Below, piece after piece: positions 1-11,115 of a stretch of 64,000 bases of DNA (position 1 is the stretch's first letter; each line of letters starts with the position of its first letter). The position numbers and the translations under genes are program-made. The stretch is from positions 15,252,001-15,316,000 of the forward strand of contig NW_027361808.1 of the NCBI RefSeq assembly GCF_039654945.1. Reading direction: 5' to 3'. The notes beneath the pieces were generated by a model. That model was not told the origin of the DNA, made no database searches, and saw only the letters and a list, made by a program, of their open reading frames with translations. Origin of the DNA: Dendrobates tinctorius. Its lineage: Eukaryota.

Positions 1-416
1 TCCTGAGTTTTCCAATCAATTACCTGGTTGTGCCTGGACAGCCATGGAAAACCCAGGACCATTTGAGCTGGGAGATTACGGAGGACCCTACATGTAACCG
101 ACTCAGAATGTAGGACCCCAATGTGGAGTTTTACCTCTGCCACAAACTCGGTAATCTCCCCTTGAGGGAGGGGAACAGCATTAATGGTCACCACCTGTAT
201 GGGGTGAGGAAGTTTTTCGATCTTAAACCCGGCGGTGTGTGCAAAATCCTCATCTATGAGATTGGTAGCGGAACCGCTATCCACAAACACTGATATAGGT
301 AGCTCTCTGCCGGCGATAATAACCTTGGCAGGGAGCATACATTGAGATACCATCATGGAGGATATGCATATGCTCAGTTGGGTCTCCTCCATACCCTCTG
401 AGCTTAACAGTTTTCC
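1..416 (-). CDS. pol: Pol N-terminus (aspartic protease), -1 frame relative to gag, open to the window edge
   Basis: Manual translation GKLLSSEG...PISVFVDSGSATNLIDEDF...MVLGFPWLSRHNQVIDW. No stop before position 1, so it is absent from the ORF track. Confidence 0.85.
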
Positions 417-1255
417 GCCGATGTGACCCTCTTAGGTAGTACCGGGCAAACGTTAACATAATGACCTCTTTTACCACAGTAGAAACATGCTCCGGGCTTC
501 CGGAATCCCGGAGCGCGAGGCTGAACCTGTGCCACACCAGCAATCTGCATAGGTTCAGGGGACTCATCTACTTCAACCACACCTGCACCTCTGCTTTCCC
601 CCAGAGGTAGCGTCTCCTGTGCCCCCTGACGAAAACAGCGATCAATACGTATCACCAAACTCATGGCAGACTCCAATGATGCCGGAGTCTCATACATCAG
701 GAGGGCTTGTTTCACCCTCCCTGATACCCCATGAATAAACTGGCTCCGCAGTGCTGGGTCATTCCACTGTGTGTCTACAGCCCAGCGGCGAAATTCCGAA
801 CAATAGTCCTCTGCCAAGCGCTCCCCCTGGCGGAGGGCGCGGATTTTAGATTCCGCTAGAGCCAGTCGGTCATGGTCATCGTAAATGAGCCCGAGGGCAG
901 AAAAAACATTATCGACCGAATGAAATGTAGCAGAGTCAGCTGGTAAGGAAAATGCCCATGCTTGGGGGTCACCACTCAGTAATGACAACACCAGCCCTAC
1001 TCGCTGGGCCTCATTACCTGAGGAGATTGGCCGCATGCGGAAGTATAATTTGCAGGCCTCCCGAAATACGACAAATTTGCTGCGATTGCCTGAAAATCGT
1101 TCTGGCAGCGGAAACTTCGGCTCTGCACCGATACCTGCAGATGCCGTTTGCACCTTTGCTACTACCAGGCCCTGCTGCTGAACTGCCCCTTTCAACTCGG
1201 AGACCTGTAAGGACAGCGCCGCCAACTGGCGGGTTATGGAATCCATGGGATCCAT
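404..1255 (-). CDS. gag: Retrotransposon Gag (PEG10/RTL1-like capsid region plus CCHC zinc knuckle), intact, 283 aa
   Basis: Motifs PERFSG, LRQG..AEDYCSEFRR, WNDPAL...F..G and CFYCGKRGHYVNVC. Confidence 0.9.
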   Translation of the reverse strand: MDPMDSITRQLAALSLQVSELKGAVQQQGLVVAKVQTASAGIGAEPKFPLPERFSGNRSKFVVFREACKLYFRMRPISSGNEAQRVGLVLSLLSGDPQAWAFSLPADSATFHSVDNVFSALGLIYDDHDRLALAESKIRALRQGERLAEDYCSEFRRWAVDTQWNDPALRSQFIHGVSGRVKQALLMYETPASLESAMSLVIRIDRCFRQGAQETLPLGESRGAGVVEVDESPEPMQIAGVAQVQPRAPGFRKPGACFYCGKRGHYVNVCPVLPKRVTSAENC

Positions 1256-1286
1256 GGACTCCTGAAAAAATGTGGGCCGATTATAA

Positions 1287-1882
1287 TGTCACGCGGGGCT
1301 TAGGACAACTAAGGCAGAAATACCCGGGGCCCCTGTGGTGTCCCTTTCACTGTCTGACCCTCAACCCAGGGTTTTTGCTGAAGGTGCAAATGCCTGAGCC
1401 TCTACCCTTTCCTTATCTCCTGCTCAGCCCTGCACTTAACCCTCCACCCTCCACCCAGTGAGGAGACACACCACCAAAGCTCCCACACAAATAAGACAGA
1501 CAGGGAGAACTTAAACTGCACTGCGCCACACACACACAGGAATATACAGTAATGTGAACAGGGCACAACTAAACACAAATATGGGAAGGAGAAAGGATAA
1601 CGACGGATCATACGACACCAGATACGAATCTCTCTCTCTGCAACACCTCCACTCCAGACCGGAACCACTTGGTATGAAAACACAAGCTATAATCGGCGAC
1701 GCCCATATGCCAGTATGACTATTTAAAGACCGTGGGCGTGACTAACCTTCCAACCTGGTCTCCAGCAGGATTAACCCCCGAGAGCCTGAAGATCAAGCCG
1801 GCGCCACTGAGGCTATAGTGGCTGGAGGTGGAACTACCTCTGCCTGCCGGACGCTGTGGTGTGAACAGCGTCCGACATGACA
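1287..1882 (-). repeat. 5' LTR of the Gypsy element (596 bp)
   Basis: TGTCA at 1287 and TGACA at 1878-1882; TATA-like TTTAAATA on the minus strand at 1720-1727; lies 32 nt upstream of the gag ATG. Confidence 0.85.
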
Positions 1883-2167
1883 AGTAGTGAAGTAATGTGG
1901 GCTCTAAAATTATTTTAAACAAGGTGCACATTTTGAAAGGTAAATACTTGTGCTTAAGTATTAGGGAGCAGTTGGATGGCCATATAAATCAGACCGCAAT
2001 CAGACCAGAAGCCACCGGCCAATCCATGCACTACCGTCTGATCTCTATCCCATTTATACAGCCCTTTGACAGTATCCTGAGGGAGATTTCTCATTAAAAA
2101 AAAGGAGCATCTCAAAACACAGGAATCTCACTTTCATTTACAAACATGTTTATGTTTGGGGCAGCAC

Positions 2168-2556
2168 AAACAAAAGAAGAAAGACGCGCACTCTTGCTGT
2201 GGAGGAGATAGGTGCTGACTGTACGTGGAGGGTCCACAAACAGTAGTCAGTAGATAAACAGTCGCACTCAAGTGTGGATTAATCTTGCAAAAAATCTTGA
2301 AGATTTTGTGAAATTTTTGGATTTTTATTTTATTTCAAATGCATCAAATAGTGTAACACCGCAGACAAAAGAAGTATCCAAAATGTGGGTATAATATCGT
2401 AATCCAGGATATGAGTATACTATGGTTACGTTTCGACCTACTAAGAGGCCTTTCTCAAACCATACTCAAGTAGTGTCAAGGAAAAGATTAATTAGAGCAT
2501 TTTCAGAAGTCCCAAACAGGGGCTGATGGCATGGGAGCAGCCTGGACCTGCGGTGT
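2168..2556 (-). mobile_element. Penelope-like retroelement pLTR fragment inserted into the SINE 5' end
   Basis: Flanked by a 15-bp direct repeat TGTTTGGGGCAGCAC (2153-2167 and 2557-2571); carries a minimal hammerhead motif at about 2421-2464 on the minus strand. Confidence 0.6.
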
Positions 2557-2561
2557 TGTTT

Positions 2562-2661
2562 GGGGCAGCACGGTGGCTCAGTGGTTAGCTGGGGTCCTGG
2601 GTTCGAATCCCACCAAAGACAACATCTGCAAGGAGTTTGTATGTTCTCCCCGTGTTTGCGT

Positions 2662-2692
<31 letters not shown>

Positions 2693-2823
2693 ACACTTCA
2701 AAGACATACTGATAGGGAATTTAGATTGTGAGCCCCATCGGGGACAGTGATGAAAATGTGTGCAAACTGTAAAGCGCTGCGGAATATGTTAGCGCTATAT
2801 AAAAATAAAGATTATTATTATTA
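2562..2823 (+). mobile_element. tRNA-derived V-SINE with L2-type tail (true 5' start at 2158, split by the insertion above)
   Basis: A box TGGCTCAGTGG, B box GGTTCGAATCC, V-domain GTTCTCCCCGTGTTTGCGTGGGTTTCCTCCGGGCACTCCGGTTTCCTCCCAC, AATAAA and (ATT)n tail; flanking TTATGTTTG duplication (2150-2158 and 2821-2829). Confidence 0.88.
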
Positions 2824-3644
2824 TGTTTGCCTTGAATTTACAATATGGATTAAGTGGCAAAATCTGCAACAAGTAGTTTAATACTGCCCTTGCTTGCTGT
2901 CACTGTGTAAAAAAACCAAGCTTCTAAGGTGCTGTTGTTGCTGTATACCAAATGTTTATAATTCACAATCACACACTGAGTTGTAATGATGAGAGACTGC
3001 TATAAGAGTTGATTGTATATTACTTGAATATTGGATTTCTATTTACAGACTGAGACTATCACTCCCATTTTCAGTCTGGTACACCAGCAGTGAAGTATTA
3101 GGTCTTTATCTATCCCTTTGCTGTGTGCTTTGAGTTCCTATCCCTACATAGTACAGCATAAAATGGTGTTCCTTGGCTGACCCTTATTTGTATACCGCCT
3201 GTGATAGCCCCTGATTGGCTATGCTACACCATGTGATCAGATTGCTGTAGGACAGCATGAGGACGCCTTGGCTGCCATGACAGATGCCATTACCTGGCTC
3301 ATTGAGTGTGCAGCTTGTGTAAAATGACGCCTAACTTTTTTTTTTGCCAATCCTCACAAATCGAATCTCAGGTTGTCCAAATTTGCACACACACATAATA
3401 GGCATTCCTTGTTGTTCACTGCTAAAATACTTTTGGAATTTTGATTTGGAACTAGGTATTCCTGTGATTATTGATGCAAAAGAGAGTATCTACCTAAATC
3501 ATGGAGCAATGTAACTGTAATAAAAAAAGATCAAAAACTCCATTTAAATAGAAAAGGAAATTAGGAATTTTAGGTTGTTTAAATAAGTGCAAAATGCAAT
3601 AAACTCCAGTAACACAAATGTTCCTTACTTTTAACAGTTTTTAA

Positions 3645-3920
<276 letters not shown>

Positions 3921-4680
3921 TGAAAATTGTATGGTGGCAACTTTTCAACTTGATGCCGATAATTACAATTTACATAGTATAATGGACAAGAAAACTTGTG
4001 CAGACAATAAATGGAAGAATCACTCATTGCAAATAATAAAAATGTTATAGTAGAATATGCTTAAAATGTTACTATACCATTTTTTTCTGCAGAAAAAAGT
4101 AGTGTTTTACAGTACCAGTAAAGTGAATAAGATTTCTCAAATCTCAGGCACATGATACCTATTTTTTCCATGCAGATTTAGTACTATGCTCCCACGATGA
4201 GCTTTTGATGAGGTTTTGATGCTGTGTATTTTTGCTGTGTCAAAAAGGCAGCATCTTACATTTCCAGCAAGGGGATTTGAATTTTAAAAATCTCAAGCCA
4301 ACAGTGCTTTTTATTTATTCAGCGTGAACTCATTTGCGGTGCATGTTTCCAATCTGCAGCATGTCAATTTCTCTTGCAGGTACACTGAGTTTTCTGTGCA
4401 GAATTTCCCCATAGATTTGCATTAGATGCAGAAATTCAGCAGGTAAAAAATACTTATGGTTTTAGTGTTTTTCAGCGGCAGAAACGCATAAAAAATGCAT
4501 GCCATCTGCACCTAAATATATAAATAAAGTCTTACCGAAGCCAAATACCAAGAAATATCAAAACCAAAGCAACTTTATGTAACCCTTTTGTGCCAGAACC
4601 TGTTTCACCTTCGTGACCAGGCCAATTTTTTCAATTCTGACCAGTGTCACTTTTTGTGGCAATAACTCTGGAACTCTTTG

Positions 4681-5007
4681 TAAAATCCGCAGGTGAAACT
4701 GCAGGTCAAAAGACCTGCGGTTTTACCTGCGGATTTCTCTGCGGTTTTGCCCTGCGGTTTTTCATCTCCACAATGGAGGAGATGGCAAACCGCAGCAGAA
4801 TCCGCAGAAAGAATTGACATGTCAATTCTTTCTGCGGATTGAAAACCGCAGATAATCCGCGCGGTGAATTCCGCACCGTCTGCATTGCGGTTTTTGATTC
4901 CCATAGGGAATCATGGTACTGTACACTGCAGCAAAAACTGCTGCGGGTCCGCAGCGGCCAAAACCGCTGCGGAACCGCAGCAAAATCAGCAGCGTGTGCA
5001 CATAGCC
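4681..5007. mobile_element. Harbinger-like MITE, left end truncated (CCGCAG/CTGCGG-rich family)
   Basis: Right TIR GTGTGCACATAGCC followed by TTA; related to the MITE at 49304-49668. Confidence 0.55.
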
Positions 5008-7229
5008 TTAAGCGGATCCCCGTGATTGAGAGATTTCATGACATGTTGTACCACATGTTAGTGGAAAATTTAGGATAATATTTTTTGCATTTATTTGTGA
5101 AATTAACGGAAATTTGGCAAACATTTTGAAAATTTAGCAATTTTCAAGCTTTTAATTTTTATGCCCTTGAGTTTTGTCACACAAATAGTTAATAAATAAC
5201 ATTTACCACATGTCTACTTTAAATCAGCATAATTTCTGATGCATATATTTTATGTTAGGAAGTTAGAAGCATTAAAAGTTAACCAGCAATTTCTAATTTT
5301 TCCAACAAAATTTACAAAACCAATTTTTCAGGGACCCACATCACATTTTAAGTGACTTTGAGGGGCCTGTGTGACAGAAAATACCCAAAAGTGACACCAT
5401 TTAAAAACTGCACCTCACAAACTGCTCAAAGCCTCTTGTTATTCACAGGAATTAAAGCAATGTTGAAAGAAAAAATGAGAATTTTACTTTTTCCCACAAA
5501 AATGTTACTTTAGCCCCAGTTTTGCATTTTCACAATGATAACAAGAAAAAATACACATACAATTTATTGTGCAATTTCTCCTGAGTACTCGGATATCACA
5601 CATGTGGTGGAACGCTACTGTTTGGTCCACGGCAGGGCCCGGAAGGGAAGAAGTTCCATTTGACATTTGGAATGCAAAATTGACTAGAATCGATAGCGGA
5701 CACCATATCGCATTTGGAGAGCCCCTGATGTGCTTAACAGTGGAAAACCCACACAAGGGACCCCATTTTGGACAGTAGTCCCATCAAGGAATTTATCTAT
5801 ATTTGTAGTGAGTACCTTGAACCCCTAGTTGCTTCACAAAATGTTATAAGCTTGAGCCGTAAAAATAAAAAATCAAATTTTTCCCACAAAAATGCTGTTT
5901 TAGCCCCAATTTTTTATTTTAACAAGGGTAACAGGAGAAAATGCATCCAAAATTTTGGAAAGTACACCCCTCAAGGAATTCATATTGATGTGTGGTGAGC
6001 ACCTTGAACTCACAGGGTGCTTCACTGAATTTTATAACGTTGAACCGTGAAAATAAAAAAATCACATTCTTGCTATAAAAATGTTGCTTTATCCCCAAAA
6101 TTTTTATTTTTCAATGGTATCAGGAGAAAATAGATCCAAAATTTGCTGTGCAATTTCTCCTGAGTACATCAACACCCCATATGTGGTAGAAAACTATTGC
6201 TTGGGCGCACGTCGGAATGGAAGGGACGCCATTTCGGCTGGGATAAGATTCGGATGCCATTTCACAGTTGAAAAGCCCCTGACATGCCAAAGCATCAGAA
6301 CCCCCACAAGTGACCCCATTTTTAACCCCTTTCTGACATCCGACGTACTATCCCGTCCATGGTACCCGGGCCCGTATGACCGTGGACGGGATAGTGCGTC
6401 AGGTCCTTTAATGCGATACCGTGACTAAAGTCGCGGTGATCGCATTAAAATTCTGACGCCATCTCACCTTACAGAAGATGGCGTCAGCCTCCCGGGCTGC
6501 AATCCCGCCCCCCGGCATCCAAAGCGCTGTGATTGGCTGTTAAATTCTGAACAGCCAATCGCAGCTTTTCTCATTGTTTCAGCCAATCAGCTTGGCTGAA
6601 ACCATGATATCCTAGGCTAGGATCAGAGTACCGATGTACTCGATCCTAGAGCCGGTGCCTGGCAACACCAGGCACTGGCAAAAAAGCCCCCGGATTGGCG
6701 CGACCGCCAATCTAATCAATCACGCCAATCGCAGCTCACAGTGGCGCTATACCGCCGCTGCGCCCTGCCAGTACCGGCCCGGATCGGTGATATATTAGCA
6801 GGGCCTGCAGGAGCTGGCTGGCGCGATCGATTAGATCGGCGATCGCGCCAACCACAGGGCACAGCTGCGGTCACATGTGACCGCTCTGTGCCCTGCTGGT
6901 GACTTGGGCATGACCTGCCTAGGAATCAGAGCTGTGAGCTCCGATCCTAGGCAGTTGCCATAGTCACCAGGCAGATCAGGGATTGGTGGATCGATGTAAT
7001 CATTCGATCCCACCAATGGCAGGTCACAGCAGCGATGTGACCGCTCTGTGACCTGCCCCTGACCTGCCTCTGACCTGTCTGACCTGTCAGCAGGGGTCCT
7101 CACTCTAGGATTCCTGCAGAGAGGTCGGACGCAGCAAGAGCTCCTGTGCTGGGTATTGTGGTGCCACAACTTGTAGCATCACAATCCCTGCAGAAAGAAG
7201 AAAGGAAAAAAACGCCAACCGTAAGTGTC

Positions 7230-8250
7230 CCTGATCCCCTGCCCAATCTATCTTCACCCCATCTATCTTCATCCCCCATCCCTCCTTCCCCCTCTTTTTA
7301 CCCCCCTCCACCCCCCTTCATTTTTTTCACCCCCCTTTGTGCCACCTAACTACAAACCTAACTGATCCCTGCCCAATCTCTCTTCATCCACCCCAATCCC
7401 CCCATCCCCCTTCCCCCTATTTTTACCCCCCTCCACCCCACTTTTTCACCACCTCCGTGCGCAGACGCCGAGCGTTGATTGGTGACGCAGTTCACCGATC
7501 AACACTCGTGCTCGCTTTTTTTTTCCTTAGCCCCCTTTGCGCCACCTCCGTACACACATCCTGCAGCCGCAAAACTTGGATAAGTGACACACTTCACTTA
7601 TCCAAGCTTGTGCCTGCCGTTTTTCATTTTTGTCACTCCCCCCTTTGTGCCACCTAATTACAACCCTAACTGATCCCTGCCCAATCTCTCTTCATCTACC
7701 CTAATCCCCCCATCCCCCTTCCCCCTATTTTTACCCACTTTTGCGCCGCCGCCGAGCATTGATCGGTGACGCAGTTCACTGATCAACACTCGTGCTCGCT
7801 TTTTTTTCCTTAGCCCCCTTTGCGCCACCTCCGTACACACATCCCGCAGCCGCAAAACTTGGATAAGTGACACACATCACTTATCCAAGCTTGTGCCTGC
7901 CGTTTTTCATTTTTTTCATCCCCCTTTGTGCCACCTAACTACAACCCTAACTGTTGATACCTGCCCAAACTCTCTTCATCCACCCCAATCCCCCATCCCC
8001 CCTTTTTGTACCCCCCTCCACCCACCTTTGCGCAGCCACCGAGCGTTGATTGGTGACGCAGTTCATCGAGCAACACTCGTGCTCCCTTTTTTTTCTCAGC
8101 CCCAACTCCGCACACACAGCTGGCAAACTTTGATAAGTGACACAGTTCATTTATCAGAGTTTGTGCCTGCCGTTTTCCTTTTCTTTTTCACCTCACCTTG
8201 CGCCACCCCGTGCGCACATCCAGCAGCCTAATTTTGATAAGTGACACAGC
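7230..8250 (+). repeat. About 300-bp pyrimidine-rich tandem array (about 3 units) inside the piggyBac
   Basis: Recurring CCCCTTTGTGCCACCTAA..ACAA.CCTAACTG (about 7331, 7640, 7921) and GATAAGTGACAC.C.TCA.TTATC hairpins. Confidence 0.75.
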
Positions 8251-8348
8251 TTTTTCTTTACAGAAAGTTTACACCAATCACTTCCCCCCCTCACGTACAC
8301 ATACAGTTTTCAATAAAGTGTACACCCAAGCACCATATTTACACAAAA

Positions 8349-10088
8349 ATGTCATCAAATTCATCCCAACAGTGCTATTCAATGGAGGAGGCATATGCTA
8401 TACTTGCCTCCGACACTGATAGAGAGAATGGCGATCCCACTTTTCTTTATTTTTCGGATTCTTCATCCTCTTCCCCCTCCTCATCTTCCTCCTCGGGTCC
8501 TGCGGAACCACCACGCAGATGCTCCAGGATAGAAGATGAGGCAGCGCCCACCATGCCCGCAGCTGACCCAGTGCTCCCCGTATGGACCTCACCCCCCGAA
8601 AATTACAAGCCACTGATTCCTGATTTTGTGGCAGAATCAGGAATCAAGTTTGACACCACCAGCCTCACAGAAATGGACTTTTTCAAAGTCTTTTTCTCTG
8701 AGGATTTTGTTGACCTCATGGTGGAGCAAACTAATTTGTACACTGTTCGATTTTTGGAGTAAAACCCGTGTTCATCATTTTCAAACTGGTCTCCTGTAGA
8801 CGCAATTGAAATGATGCAGTTTTGGGGCCTGGTCCTCCATATGGGGATACTGAAGAAGCCGGAAATTCGGCAATATTGGAGTGTTGATATTTTATACAAC
8901 ACTCCAGTGTTCCGAATGGTCATGGCCTGGACGCGTTTTGAGGCCATCCACAAGTTTCTGCATTATACTGATAATGCACAGTGTCCCGCACGAGATGACC
9001 CCAACTTTGACCATCTTTTCAAAGTTCGGCCGGTCATCGAACACTTCAACAAAAAGTTTGCTGAAGTGTACGTGCCCCAAAGGGACATCTGCGTGGATGA
9101 GTCCTTGGTTCACTTTAAGGGAAGGCTGCGATTCCGTCAATACCTGCCCAGTAAGAGGGCCAGGTACGGAATCAAACTCTATAAGCTGTGTGAGAGTACC
9201 TCAGGGTACATCCACAAGTTTAGAGTTTATGAAGGGAAGGACACCCGGATTGAACCCCCTGAGTGTCCTCCTTTCCTGGGAGTGAGTGGGAAAATTGTGT
9301 GGGATTTGGTGCACCCTCTGCTGGATAAAGGTTATCACCTCTACACTGATAACTTTTATACCAGCATCCCACTCTACAAATCCCTCTCTGAGCGACATAC
9401 CGCAGCCTGCGGTACTGTCTGCAAAAATCAGAGAGGCGTCCCGAAGACGCTACTTGGGCAGATGCTCCGAAAAAGTGAGAGCAGAGCCCAATGTAGCGAC
9501 CACCTGCTGGTGGTCAAGCACAAGGACAAGAGAGATGTCCATCTCTTGACCACCATACACAGTGATGGCAGTACCCTCTGCACTGTACGGGGAACCTCTA
9601 CACAGGTCCGCAAACCGACAGGTGTAGTGGGGTACCACAAAAACATGGGGGGCGTTGATCTCTCCGATCAACTCCTCCAACCGTACAATGCATTGATGAA
9701 GGCCAAGGTGTGGTATAAAAAGCTGGCCGTGCACATCGTCCAAATGGCAATGCTCAACGCATTCCTGCTGTCACAATGTGCATGGCCCAGCGATACGTCG
9801 TACCTTCAGTTCCAGGAGGTAGTGGTTAAGGCCCTGATGTTTTTCGCTCAAGAAGGAGCGGGCCCCAGTACTTCTGGAACTGAAGGTGCTTGTATTGTAC
9901 CAGGTCAGCATTTTCTGGGGGTGGTCCCGCCAACCCCAAGAAAAGGTAAGCCACAAAAAAGGTGTCGAGTGTGTTACAAAAAAGGAATACGCAGGGACAC
10001 CACTTATCAATGCGACACCTGCCCCGAAAAACCTGGCCTGTGTATGAAGGATTGCTTCAAATTGTACCACACCTCCATGCACTACTAA
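8349..10088 (+). pseudogene. piggyBac transposase (PGBD4-like family), about 579 codons with a single in-frame stop at 8760-8762
   Basis: ORFs 8241-8762 and 8811-10088 share one frame. Catalytic motifs ICVDESL, YTDNFYTS and MGGVDLSDQ, plus C-terminal Cys-rich domain CRVC..CDTC..LC..DCF..YH. Confidence 0.9.
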
Positions 10089-10129
10089 TTTACATTAGAT
10101 TAGTTGGGGGCACATCTAGATTTGTTCTT

Positions 10130-11115
10130 TGGGGGTCTAGTATTCAAAATGATGTCACATGTGGGTTTTTTCCTGATAGAAACACATCAGGGGCTCTGCA
10201 AATGGAACATGACGCCAGCAGACCATCAAAGTCTGCATTCCAAAATGACACTACTTATCTTTCGAGCCCCGACGTGTGCCTAAACAGTTTTTTCCCACAT
10301 GTGGGGTACCACAGTACTCAGGACAACATGGACACCGACTTTTGGGGTCCAATTTCTCCTGTTACTCTTGGGAAAATTAAAAATTGGGGACTAAATGATC
10401 ATTTATGTGGGAACAAAACCGGATTTTATATTTTCACGCCTGGGCATTATAATCTTTAGTGAAACACTTGGGGGTTCAAAGTGCTCACCACACATCTAGA
10501 TAAGTTCCTTAGGGGGTCTAGTTTCCAAAATGGGTCACTTATGGGGGGTTTCTACTGTTTAGAAACATCAAGGGCTCTGCAAACGGAACATGACACCCGC
10601 AGACCATTCCATCAAAGTCTGCTTTCCAAAACGTCATTACTTCCCTTTCGAGCCCTGACGTGTGCCCAAACAGTAGTTTTCTCCCACATGTGGGGTATCA
10701 ACGCACTCAGGACAAATTGGACAACGACTTTTGGGGTCCAATTTCTCCTGTTACTCTTGGGAAAATTAAAAATTGGGGAATAAATTATCATTTATGTGGG
10801 AACAAAACAGGATTTTATATTTTCACGCCTGGGCATTATAATCTTTAGTGAAACACTTGGGGGTCTAGTTTCCAAAATGGGGTCACTTGTGGGGGGTTTT
10901 CCACTGTTTAGGCACATCAGATTCTCGTCAAACGCGACATGGCGTCCGATCTCAATTCCAGCCAATTTTAGGTTGAAAAAGTCAAACGGGGCTCCTTCCC
11001 TTCTGAGCCCTGTCATGTACCCAAACAGTGGTTCCCCCCACATATTTGGTATCAGCGTACTCAGGACGAATTGGACAACAACTTTTGGGGTCCAATTTCT
11101 CCTGTTACCCTTGGA
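10130..11115 (+). repeat. About 390-bp subterminal tandem units of the piggyBac 3' region
   Basis: TTTTGGGGTCCAATTTCTCCTGTTA at about 10340, 10729 and 11083; the same unit recurs in 49730-53110. Confidence 0.75.

Larger units (their letters stand above)
1..1882 (-). mobile_element. Ty3/Gypsy (sushi/chromovirus-like) LTR retrotransposon, 5' portion (LTR + gag + start of pol), running off the window start
   Basis: LTR 1287-1882 bounded by TGTCA...TGACA, followed on the minus strand by gag with a CCHC knuckle and an aspartic protease in the -1 frame. Confidence 0.92.

Noticed and set aside
404-1255. Domesticated PEG10/RTL1-like host gene
   Set aside because: Directly preceded by an LTR and primer-binding site, so it is an ordinary retrotransposon gag.
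952-1461. This and other short ORFs antisense to or within TEs (e.g. 5505-6428, 10481-11122, 52036-53129)
   Set aside because: Shadow frames of TE genes or repeat units with no recognisable domains.
2562-2632. tRNA gene
   Set aside because: SINE head with a shortened A-to-B box interval followed by V-domain and LINE tail.
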